Origin: Flavobacteriales bacterium UBA6057
GTDB lineage: Bacteria; Bacteroidota; Bacteroidia; Flavobacteriales_G; Salibacteraceae
Length of the DNA stretch: 64,000 bases
Assembly (NCBI GenBank): GCA_002428995.1
Contig: DIYJ01000015.1
Coordinates: 125,144-189,143 of the forward strand
Direction: 5' to 3'
Shown here: positions 17,763 through 26,460 of the stretch, in pieces
Layout of the letters: every line of letters starts with the position of its first letter
Numbering within the stretch: the stretch's first letter is position 1
Program-made: the position numbers and the translations under genes
The notes under the pieces: generated by a model
The model's database searches: none
The model's input: the letters and a program-made list of their open reading frames with translations, nothing else
Told to the model about the DNA's origin: nothing

Positions 17763-18158
17763 CTAGTAGATCGCCAGCGATCCTGGTATGACGGTGAAAT
17801 CAGCCGTGTAGGTAATTCCACAAACACAGTGAATGCCTCCCGCAACAGGGGGCATGCAACCGGAGGGACTTACCATTACCGGAGGACAAACTTTCGTGCA
17901 AGTCTGATCCGTTGGCATCACAATGGCATGTTCCCAAATCCAGTTTACGGGTCCGCATGGTGGAACCGGAATCACGGCTCCTGCGGGTACACAAATCGCT
18001 GGAGGATTGCAGTTTGGCATGACAAAACAGCCAGGCGCGGCCTGGAAGGTTACCAGATAGTCACAACCGGTGAAATTCTGGATGAGCATGCCCGGTGGTT
18101 GAGCATAAGAGACGGCACTTAAACAAAGCACCGTTAAGAGTAACATGAGTTTTTTCAT
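17763..18158 (-). CDS. Small secreted Cys/Pro-rich protein, paralog B (131 aa)
   Basis: Signal peptide MKKLMLLLTVLCLSAVSYAQ. 12 Cys. Homologous to the 14747..15151 product. Confidence 0.7.
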   Translation of the reverse strand: MKKLMLLLTVLCLSAVSYAQPPGMLIQNFTGCDYLVTFQAAPGCFVMPNCNPPAICVPAGAVIPVPPCGPVNWIWEHAIVMPTDQTCTKVCPPVMVSPSGCMPPVAGGIHCVCGITYTADFTVIPGSLAIY

Positions 18159-18215
18159 GGTGATTGTGGTTTGGTTTACATCAAAATAAGGTTATAAAAA
18201 ACTAACGTCAAAGTA

Positions 18216-18228
18216 AAAACGCAAATAA
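18216..18228. promoter_or_regulatory. Copy of the shared 13-mer (AAACGCAAATAAT, inverted relative to copy A), embedded in the near-palindrome GCAAATtATTTGC
   Basis: Exact reverse-complement match to 15216-15228. A Bacteroidota-like -33 TTTG and a -7 TTATTTTG lie between it and the ATG. Confidence 0.4.
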
Positions 18229-18394
18229 TTTGCATCTGTTCTTAATTGAACGAAATGTTAGCCAGATAAATTCAACGGGCGCACTTGGCCTTAAAGGCCT
18301 TGTGTTTACTGATCTGTACGAGGGTCGTAACGAGAAAACAGGTCTGTTTGAAAATCGAACAGACGAAAGTTGGATGGAAGTGTGAAAAGTTGAG

Positions 18395-20338
18395 CTAGTG
18401 AATGACTGTGCGCCCCAGATTCTTGTTGATCTCCTTTTTAATGCCTTCGAGTTGAATCTGGCGAATAAGGAGTTCTTCCACATCGGCACCGAGCGTTTCC
18501 TGATCTTTCATCAGCTGCTGATTTTCTTTGATCATTCGATCAACGCGCTTCGACTTGTAGGAATAGATGGACGCCAGCACAGCCCTTCGCATCCGCTGCT
18601 CTTCGAGTGTAACGTAGATGTCTCTGCGCTCCCAGTCATGCAATTCATGGGGAGAGGTGATCAGGTCGATGTACAGGCTTTGGATCTCCTGGTTTTCGTG
18701 ATTCACAAAGCGATCAAAGGAAAACTCTTCGTTCTCGTATCCGCTGGAGATCGCTTCGAAGAGCTGACGGTAGCTTTCGGTTTCGAACACCAGTTCATCG
18801 CCCTCTATTTCGTCCAGGATGAAGTCCAACACCTTGAAACGCTCCGAGTCTTCCGTTTCATCCATCGCGTCTTCCATCACAAAGTCCAGCTCAGGATAGT
18901 TCACCATGATTCGAAGCAGGTCGTATTCCTGGTTGTCCAGCGTGTTTTCAACGAACTTCTTCTCTTCTGTAAAATCCGTTTCGATGATGGGAGCTTCAGG
19001 CTCTTCCTCGTGACGGATGCGGTGCTTCTGCCGGTGGTGTTTTCGAAGTGCCTTGTTGAGCTCGCTGATCAGCGCCCGCTCGGAGACTCTCATGAGCTTC
19101 GAGCATTCAGCTACATAGATGGAGCGCAGAATAGTGTCAGGGATCAGCGCGATGGAATCGACCATCGCGTGGATGACCTCATTCGTTTTGATCGGGTCGC
19201 CCTGCGCCTCCTTCATCAGGAGGTCGGCCTTGAACACGATGAAGTCACGCGCTGATTTTTCGAGGTATTCCTTTACTTCGATGCGATCATGCTCCTTGCT
19301 GAACGAATCCGGATCGTGGCCGTCAGGCAGCAACACGATTTTGACGTTCATGCCTTCTTCAAGGATCAAGTCGATTCCCCGCAAACTAGCCTTGATACCG
19401 GCAGGGTCACCGTCATACACCAAGGTGATGTTTTGCGAATAGCGCTGGATGATCTTGATCTGATCCCGCGTCAGTGCGGTTCCAGAAGAAGCCACCGTGT
19501 TTTCGATGTGCTTCTGATAAAAGGCGAGCACGTCCGTGTAGCCCTCAACGAGGTAGCAGTTGTCTTCCCGTGCAATGGCACTCTTGGCGAAGTAGATGCC
19601 ATAGAGTGTCTTGCTCTTATCGTAAATCGCATTCTCGGGCGAGTTGATGTACTTCGGGATGTTCTTATCCGCTTTCAGCGTTCGCCCACCAAAACCGATC
19701 ACGCGCCCGCTCAGGTTTTGGATCGGAAAGATCACACGGCCCTTGTAGCCATCGTACTGCCGTCCGTTTTTTTCCTTCACCAGCGCAGTGGCCAGCAAGT
19801 ATTCGTCTTTGTAGCCCTTCTCCTTGGAAACCGTGGTGAAAGCCCGGAAATCATCCGGATTGTAGCCCAGCTGGAACTTTTTCAGAATGCTCTCATTGAA
19901 GCCGCGCTCTTTGAAGTAGCTCAGCCCAATGTTCTGACCTTCTTCCGTTTCCCACATCTGCTCGCTGAACCAGTTTCGAGCAAACTCATTGATCACGTAG
20001 AGGGATTCACGCTCGTTGCGCGCTTCCTCCATCTCCGGGCTCAGCTTTTCCTCCTCTATCTCGATGTTGTAGCGTTCCGCCAGCCAGCGCAGTGCTTCCG
20101 GATAGCTGAACTGCTCGTGCTCCATCAGGAAACTCACCACGTTTCCGCCCTTTCCGGAACTGAAGTCTTTGTAGATACCCTTGGCGGGGGACACCATGAA
20201 AGACGGTGTCTTCTCAGCCGTCCACGGGCTGAGGCCTTTCAGGCTGGCTCCTGATTTCTTGAGGTTTACAAATTCTCCAATGACCTCCTCAATGCGGGCT
20301 GCACTGAATATTTCTTCGACTTTCTCAGGAGGGATCAT
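18395..20338 (-). CDS. dnaG: DNA primase DnaG
   Basis: 647 aa. N-terminal Zn-binding region, RNA polymerase domain, TOPRIM (NCYLVEGYTDVLAFYQ...VYDGDPAG). Confidence 0.95.
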   Translation of the reverse strand: MIPPEKVEEIFSAARIEEVIGEFVNLKKSGASLKGLSPWTAEKTPSFMVSPAKGIYKDFSSGKGGNVVSFLMEHEQFSYPEALRWLAERYNIEIEEEKLSPEMEEARNERESLYVINEFARNWFSEQMWETEEGQNIGLSYFKERGFNESILKKFQLGYNPDDFRAFTTVSKEKGYKDEYLLATALVKEKNGRQYDGYKGRVIFPIQNLSGRVIGFGGRTLKADKNIPKYINSPENAIYDKSKTLYGIYFAKSAIAREDNCYLVEGYTDVLAFYQKHIENTVASSGTALTRDQIKIIQRYSQNITLVYDGDPAGIKASLRGIDLILEEGMNVKIVLLPDGHDPDSFSKEHDRIEVKEYLEKSARDFIVFKADLLMKEAQGDPIKTNEVIHAMVDSIALIPDTILRSIYVAECSKLMRVSERALISELNKALRKHHRQKHRIRHEEEPEAPIIETDFTEEKKFVENTLDNQEYDLLRIMVNYPELDFVMEDAMDETEDSERFKVLDFILDEIEGDELVFETESYRQLFEAISSGYENEEFSFDRFVNHENQEIQSLYIDLITSPHELHDWERRDIYVTLEEQRMRRAVLASIYSYKSKRVDRMIKENQQLMKDQETLGADVEELLIRQIQLEGIKKEINKNLGRTVIH

Positions 20339-20420
20339 AGCTGCAAAATTACAGGGCTGATTGAGATGACCTCAAAGTGCAAAGATTAGAGAGCCAGTGC
20401 AGTTTTATTATGCCTTCGTC

Positions 20421-21707
20421 TCAGCGATAGAGAATGCGATGCGTAGCTGCGCCCTTCGCATGTTTAAGCTGTAGGATGTAGACACCGGACGGTAGCGAAG
20501 ACAAGTCAATCGATGCGCTGCTGCTTTCTACGGTGATGAAGGTTTGACCAGTTACCTCCTGTCCACTGACATCGAAGAGTTGCATTTCCAGATCCTTCAA
20601 GACTCCAGTCCAATGAAGTCGGGTAAGGCCATTGGTGGGATTCGGGTAGAGTCCCAGAATTTCAGATTGCTCAGGATTATCAGTGCCAACAACTACCGTA
20701 TTCATTGACAATCTTGAAACACCCAATCCATGCCCGACCCAAACAACACCTTCCTCATTGCTGCTGATGGAAACAAGGTCTGAAGAGTTTAGCAAGAGGT
20801 TGAGTGCAGGCAAGTCGTTGGAAATCGGCTGGAAATCTACACCAACACCTTTAGCTGTTGCCAGCCATTCTACGTAGTAGTTACCATAGTCTACAACGTC
20901 AATTGCTCGTATTTCTCTTGAGGGTAGATTGTTGAAGAAGCTGAAGTTTGAGAAGGTGAATTCCGTATTCGCATTGATGGAAATCAACCCGGCAGTGCCG
21001 GAAGCAAACCACACGATTCCATTCTCATCGGCTGTAATGGCGCTGATTTGATCCCTGAAGATGTTGACTGTTTGAGGGGTGTAGTTTCTCCACTGGCTGC
21101 CATTAAAACTGATGAGTCCATTCGATTCAGTGGCAATCCAAAGCTTTGAATCCGCACCTGATGCGATACCGTTGATCTCTGAAAGGTCGATTACATTCCA
21201 GTAGCTGTAGGCAGGGTCAAAAGCTGGTGTGCTTACGGTTAGGTTATGAATTTGATTCGATACCGCGATCCAAACACGACCGTCAGGCCTGAAAGCCATT
21301 CCGTAGACGTAGTCGTGAGGCATTCCCAGCTGACCGGTTGCAGTGCTTTCCCAAGTGTTGTTGGCAGCGTCAAACCTTGAAATGCCCTTGTCATTCGGAG
21401 CGCCCAGTTGCTGGCCATTATGGTAGGTCCAAATCACTCCGTTGCGTTCAATGACGCCTGCGCAGCCATTGGCGCCAAGGCCTGAATTGAGGGTGTCATA
21501 ACACACCCAAACACTATCCTTGAAACGACAGATGCCTGCATCCTCGGTTCCGACCCAAATAGATCCGTCTTCAGCAGCCACTACTTCCGTTACATTATTG
21601 GAAGCCAGGCCCGAGTTAAACGAAGTATAGTTGGTGACTACTTGCGCAAAGGCTTGCGCTGAAAAGGCCAACAGATAACTAAGAATGAAAAGGCGAATGG
21701 AGCGCAT
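20421..21707 (-). CDS. Secreted beta-propeller (two-component-regulator-propeller-like repeats) protein with T9SS C-terminal sorting domain
   Basis: Signal peptide. Repeated ...DGSIWVGT.. / ..GIVWFASGTAGL.. blades. C-terminus LYPNPTNG...GVYILQLK matches the Por secretion tail. Confidence 0.75.
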   Translation of the reverse strand: MRSIRLFILSYLLAFSAQAFAQVVTNYTSFNSGLASNNVTEVVAAEDGSIWVGTEDAGICRFKDSVWVCYDTLNSGLGANGCAGVIERNGVIWTYHNGQQLGAPNDKGISRFDAANNTWESTATGQLGMPHDYVYGMAFRPDGRVWIAVSNQIHNLTVSTPAFDPAYSYWNVIDLSEINGIASGADSKLWIATESNGLISFNGSQWRNYTPQTVNIFRDQISAITADENGIVWFASGTAGLISINANTEFTFSNFSFFNNLPSREIRAIDVVDYGNYYVEWLATAKGVGVDFQPISNDLPALNLLLNSSDLVSISSNEEGVVWVGHGLGVSRLSMNTVVVGTDNPEQSEILGLYPNPTNGLTRLHWTGVLKDLEMQLFDVSGQEVTGQTFITVESSSASIDLSSLPSGVYILQLKHAKGAATHRILYR

Positions 21708-21757
21708 TCCAGAATTTTTGGGGTGTGAAACTGCTCTTTACGCCACAAGATACGGAA

Positions 21758-22258
21758 CTACCTTGCGTTTGGTGCTTTCGTTTTCTCGTAGCTGTCGAAG
21801 TCAATCTCGTTCAACAGCGAGCCATCTTCCTTGTGAAAGATCCATTGTCCCACTTCTTTGTTGTCCTTGAACTGGCCCTTGTAGCGCAGGTTGCCGTTTT
21901 CATAGTACACCTCTGCAGGACCCGTTCTGCGACCTTCTACAAATTCTCCGGTGCTCCAAAGCTTGCCATTGGCATACCAATACTTCCACGAACCATGGCG
22001 CTTGCCCTCTTGGTCGTAACTCCCTACATATTCCATCTGGCCATTCTCGTAGAACTTTTCTTCCTTCACCTTCATGCGTTCCTTGCCCTCGGTTTTGAAA
22101 TAGCCTACGAGCTTGGGTTGTTCTTCCGTCCAGCTTTCGAGGACTTCACTTTCCAGTTCGTTGCATCCCGCAGCGATGGTTAAGAAGAAGAGAAAAGAGA
22201 AAAAAATGGATCGTTTCATATTCGCGAATTTACGCGCACTCGGGCTTTCATCAACCAC
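21758..22258 (-). CDS. MORN-repeat-variant lipoprotein (YwqK-like)
   Basis: Lipobox FLTIAAGC. Repeated YENGQ..G.Y..G.R.G.W..YY.NG modules. Confidence 0.65.
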   Translation of the reverse strand: MVDESPSARKFANMKRSIFFSFLFFLTIAAGCNELESEVLESWTEEQPKLVGYFKTEGKERMKVKEEKFYENGQMEYVGSYDQEGKRHGSWKYWYANGKLWSTGEFVEGRRTGPAEVYYENGNLRYKGQFKDNKEVGQWIFHKEDGSLLNEIDFDSYEKTKAPNAR

Positions 22259-22285
22259 AATCCAGCATTCGGACTTTGGTCGAAG

Positions 22286-23410
22286 CTACATACATGCATT
22301 CTCAGCAGTTGGCTGCGTATTCATCTGCTCGCCCCGCCAGAGATTGGCAAGGTATTGCTGCTTATAGACTCGGTAAAAATCTTCGAGTTTGCGCGTTCCT
22401 TCGAACATGCCCTTACCACCCATGAGGTTCGCGTTCAATCCTAGGTACATATCTGCTTTGTCGAATTCTCCTTTCCACATATGAGCCAATACAAGATTGT
22501 AGCAGATGGCGTTGAGAACCTTGGTATTCACCTTCGCTTTTCGGTCATCGGTGTCTCTTTCGGCATAAAGCTTTGTGAGTACTTCGATTACTTCTGAGAG
22601 TTCCCGGCTCATGTCATCATAACTCATTCTTCTTAGCGTGTTGACAGGGCAGATTTGATCACTGGACATTCGCTTCATGGCGGTCATTAACATATCGCTC
22701 GCTCTGTTCAGGCCATCGTAGGTGTGGCGTTTGCTCTTCTTGATGCTGGGAATCTTGAATTCCTCGGAACTATGAGTAAGGCAGTAAGTTCTGACAAAGC
22801 CATTCAGTTGGCGCAAGCCACTAAACTGCATCTCTTTTTTTGCCAAATAGCTCTGCTTGTTTTTGGACCATGCGCTAAGTGCGGAGCTTGCGGAGAGATG
22901 CTCGTTGGTGGTGCTATAATCTTCCCATGACTCTTTCACTACATGGCCTCCGTAGGTTTCTTTGAACACCGTTCGTGTTTGATGGTCAGTGGCGGTTACT
23001 TCGAAAACAGGCGTTCTGTAATTCAGTAGAACATCGTAGACCATGTATTTTACCTTCTTCTTGTTTTCACCTTTTCCCACCGTTTTGGAGCGTTCATGTT
23101 CATTCGCAGCTTCTGAGATGAACTCTAGTCCAGAGATGAATCGAATGTGGATTTGAAGGTCTCCTTCTCTCTCAACGCGCTCATATCCGGGCATTTCACC
23201 ATGGATGTGCAAATTGCCCTTGGAGCCTAGCCGTTCAATGTAATTTCCCCTCAGGCTATTGAGGTGGTAGGTGTAGGTTTCGATGCTCGAGTCCAGTTTT
23301 TGCTCGGGAAACCTTACGTAACCTATTTTGACTTTTTCTCTGGATACTTTTTGAGCAGAAACACCTGAGATAAACAAAGAAAGTGAGAGAATGATGGAGG
23401 CTGTGCGCAT
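22286..23410 (-). CDS. Hypothetical secreted protein (374 aa)
   Basis: Signal peptide MRTASIILSLSLFISGVSAQ. No recognisable catalytic motifs. Confidence 0.5.
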   Translation of the reverse strand: MRTASIILSLSLFISGVSAQKVSREKVKIGYVRFPEQKLDSSIETYTYHLNSLRGNYIERLGSKGNLHIHGEMPGYERVEREGDLQIHIRFISGLEFISEAANEHERSKTVGKGENKKKVKYMVYDVLLNYRTPVFEVTATDHQTRTVFKETYGGHVVKESWEDYSTTNEHLSASSALSAWSKNKQSYLAKKEMQFSGLRQLNGFVRTYCLTHSSEEFKIPSIKKSKRHTYDGLNRASDMLMTAMKRMSSDQICPVNTLRRMSYDDMSRELSEVIEVLTKLYAERDTDDRKAKVNTKVLNAICYNLVLAHMWKGEFDKADMYLGLNANLMGGKGMFEGTRKLEDFYRVYKQQYLANLWRGEQMNTQPTAENACM

Positions 23411-23566
23411 AACGAAGAGTTGTTAGCGCAAAGCTCTTTGGGAACGCGCATGTGCAAACCCTCAGACTCGAGGATAATGCCTCCACAGTTCCAATGAAAC
23501 TTTACATAGGGGTGAAGATGTCAACAATGAGCTTCAAGCGGGGCTTCACATTGGTGAGCGCAAAGC

Positions 23567-24976
23567 TTAATTAGGATTCACCTCCAACAACTCCCACTCC
23601 TTCTGGAAGAAAAATTGCTCCTCGCCAAAGGCGGGCTTCAGGTCATCCAACCAGATAGCTTCCGGGTCGTATTTCGCGAAGAATGGGCGATGTACCCAGT
23701 TGGCTACGCGGCCTTGCAAAAAGCGGAGCATGAACACCTTCTCGCCATGGATTTCGGTGATGCCGAGAATTTGAACCTTCCCAGGATCAGCGCTCATGCT
23801 TGGCCCTCTTACCGTTCTTGAAACTCCGCTCACCTGCTGGTAGGCTTTTTGGAAAATGCGCCATGCACGTCCCAGTGGAACTGCAAAGTATTCCTGCGCT
23901 CCGGTATCGCGCGCCAGAAACATGTAGTAAGGAATGATACCTAATCTGACCTGCTCTTTCCACATATCTCGCCATGCTTCAGGAGTGTCATTGATATTCT
24001 TCATGATGGGCGACTGCGAACGAATCTGCGTCCCCGTGGCGCGGATGCGCTTGATCGCCTCTTTCACACCCTCGGTCTTGAGCTCAGCCGGATGGTTGAA
24101 GTGCGCCATAAATGCCAGGTGCATACCTGAGTTGTTCACCTTTTTGAACAGTTCCATCACCTCGTCCGCATCATTGTCGTGCGTGAAGCGATAAGGCCAG
24201 TAGCCGAGTGCTTTGGTGCCAATGCGAATGGTCTGCACATTGTGTGTTCCCATGCTTTCGAGGATCGGCTCCAGGTACATTTTCAGGCGATCGATCTTCA
24301 TGATCATAGGATCGCCACCGGTGAATAGCACGTCTGTGATCTCTGGATGCGCTTGAAGGTATTTCACCATCAGCTCGGTTTCGCGCATGGCAAACTTTAG
24401 CTCGTCCATGCCCACAAACTGCGGCCATCGGAAGCAGAAGGTGCAATAGGCGTGGCATGTCTGTCCCTGCTGTGGGAAGAAGAGCATCGTTTGATCATAC
24501 TTATGCTGAATACCTGTCAGCTTTACATCCTCGATCATGGGAACGTTGTGCTCCATCTGTCCAGCAGGATGTGGGTTAAGCTGCATCCTGATCTCGTTGG
24601 CAACCTCCTTGATCTCCTTCTTGTTCTTTCCAGCTTTCAATGCATCGGCCATTTGGTCGAAATGAGCTTTGCTCAGCATTTCGCGCTGTGGGAACGTCAG
24701 AATGTAAATGGGATCATTGGGTACATTCTCCCACTCAATCAATTCATCGATGACGTAGTTGTTTGCCTTGAAAGGGAGAACGTTTCCCACCACTTCAATG
24801 GCAAATTTTTCCTCTTCGCTCAGAAATTGCTGTACTTGAGGTATGTTTCGAAAATTGTGGAGGCCGAAGACTTTGTACTTGATTTCTTCCATAAACTTTT
24901 GATTCGGGATCGTGCGAGCGGGTCGCTTTGAGGCTGCGAAGAAAGTCAATGAAAGGCAAACACTGATCCCTAGCAA
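23567..24976 (-). CDS. KamA-family radical SAM aminomutase (lysine 2,3-aminomutase-like)
   Basis: CxxxCxxC cluster CHAYCTFCFRW. KamA-type C-terminal PLP-binding region. 469 aa, with about 60 extra N-terminal residues. Confidence 0.8.
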   Translation of the reverse strand: MLGISVCLSLTFFAASKRPARTIPNQKFMEEIKYKVFGLHNFRNIPQVQQFLSEEEKFAIEVVGNVLPFKANNYVIDELIEWENVPNDPIYILTFPQREMLSKAHFDQMADALKAGKNKKEIKEVANEIRMQLNPHPAGQMEHNVPMIEDVKLTGIQHKYDQTMLFFPQQGQTCHAYCTFCFRWPQFVGMDELKFAMRETELMVKYLQAHPEITDVLFTGGDPMIMKIDRLKMYLEPILESMGTHNVQTIRIGTKALGYWPYRFTHDNDADEVMELFKKVNNSGMHLAFMAHFNHPAELKTEGVKEAIKRIRATGTQIRSQSPIMKNINDTPEAWRDMWKEQVRLGIIPYYMFLARDTGAQEYFAVPLGRAWRIFQKAYQQVSGVSRTVRGPSMSADPGKVQILGITEIHGEKVFMLRFLQGRVANWVHRPFFAKYDPEAIWLDDLKPAFGEEQFFFQKEWELLEVNPN

Positions 24977-25063
24977 GAAATACCGGTCATTCTTAACTCA
25001 AAGATGATGAGATGCAGGAGGTTAGATCAAGGATGAAAGATCAACGATCAAAGCCCGGGTTTT

Positions 25064-25639
25064 TTAGCGCTCAATTCTTAAATCGTGCCGCTCCAATAGT
25101 CCGGGGAGTCCATCCAGGGAAAAGCGTGCTTTTTTCACTTCGTTTCTATCGGGGTCGATGCTAAAGGATTCTGCCTTTCGAAAGTCCGCTCCACGGAGAA
25201 CGGTACGTTCGAAGGAGGCATTGGTAAGGTTGGAGCCAGAGAAAACAGTTTCTGTCAAATCCGATTCCGTGAAGTCTGCTTCGCGAAGGCTACAGTCGAT
25301 GAAGTGCGTCTTTTTCAGCTTCCAACCGTGGAAAGAGGATAGGTCCAGTGTACAGCTTCTAAAGTTTACCGCAAACAGAAAGTCGCTGCACATTTCGAAG
25401 GCCAGCCCGACCATCTTACACTGCACGAATTCCAGCTCTCGAAAAGCAGTGTTCAGCAGCTTCGCATTGCTGAGGTTGCAGTTCTCAAAGGTGCATTCCA
25501 TGAAAATGCAATCTGTGAGGTCTGCATCGCTGAAATCACAGTCAATGAAGGCGCAGCCTTCGAAATCCTGTGGCGTGAATAGTTCCTGCCGGAAGTTCTT
25601 CCCTTCAATCTCCTGATTGGTGGTCAATGGCTTAGACAT
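25064..25639 (-). CDS. Pentapeptide-repeat protein (Qnr/MfpA-like fold)
   Basis: Tandem A(D/N)LxF-type pentapeptides throughout (CAFIDCDFSDADLTDCIFMECTFENCNLSNAKL...). Confidence 0.8.
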   Translation of the reverse strand: MSKPLTTNQEIEGKNFRQELFTPQDFEGCAFIDCDFSDADLTDCIFMECTFENCNLSNAKLLNTAFRELEFVQCKMVGLAFEMCSDFLFAVNFRSCTLDLSSFHGWKLKKTHFIDCSLREADFTESDLTETVFSGSNLTNASFERTVLRGADFRKAESFSIDPDRNEVKKARFSLDGLPGLLERHDLRIER

Positions 25640-26313
25640 CCCTCAAAAGCTCAAGAATGTTGTCGATAGATACTTTCTCAAAGGCGTGTGGAGTGTCCTT
25701 CAATACCTCCAATTTTGCCTTGGTCATTAGCTCACTGGCGTGTTCCGATTCTTCACGACTCACCATGTGATCCTGATCTCCCACGGCAATGGTCACAGAT
25801 TGTCGGATGGCCTTTAAGTCGGTGTCCGATAGCTTCTCTCCTGAAGCCAGCATCTTCATCATGTCCGCAGTTTTGTGAACCACCGTTTTCCAGTCGTTTG
25901 GAGCATGCGTTTTTGCCAAGGTGGCCGCGAAAGCAGGAACCTTTGCCTCTATCTTTTCAGGGTCGAGCATGCGTTTTTGCGCTTCATAAACTTCCATGGT
26001 CCAATCCAGCTTGGTGCCGAGGGTGATGATGCGTCCGACACGATCCGGAAGCTGATGTGCAAGGCAAAGGGCTACATAACCGCCCATACTGTAGCCGAAG
26101 ATGTCAGCCGTTTCAATTTCCTTCTCATCAAGAAAGTCCACCACGTTTTTCACGAACACTGGCATGGAGAAGTCCCGGTCGGAAAGTCGTCCTCCATGGC
26201 CCTCAAAGTTCATGGAATACACTGTTGTGGTCGGCTTGAGAGTCTTTTCCAGCTGTTCAAACTGCGCTGCTGAGCCGAGCGCACCGTGGAGGAGTAGAAG
26301 TGGGTTTGCCATG
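25632..26313 (-). CDS. Alpha/beta hydrolase
   Basis: Begins MANPLLLLHGALGS. Nucleophile elbow GYSMGG. The longer ORF to 26444 has an implausible N-terminal extension. Confidence 0.75.
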
Positions 26314-26460
26314 TGGTGGATTGATGGACTAAAAGTAACGGGTCGTTGAAAATGGCGAAGCTCCCCGCGTTTTTTGTTTAAAGCCCAGCAAGGTTCAAAC
26401 GGTGCCTGAAAGCTGGATTTACTGCAAGGCAAACACCTTCTCAATTCCTACTTTCGCGGC

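Noticed and set aside
18398-20254. Long antisense ORFs (285 and 321 aa) opposite dnaG, and similar ones opposite the RHS gene (e.g. 43712..44365), the SpvB-like gene and the PKS genes
   Set aside because: Shadow ORFs from codon bias on the opposite strand of well-supported genes. No motifs, and implausible composition.
25632-26444. Full-length 270-aa version of the alpha/beta hydrolase ORF
   Set aside because: The first 44 codons (MRRCLPCSKSSFQAPFEP...) look non-coding and run into the pheT promoter region. MANPLLLLHG at 26313 is a typical hydrolase N-terminus.
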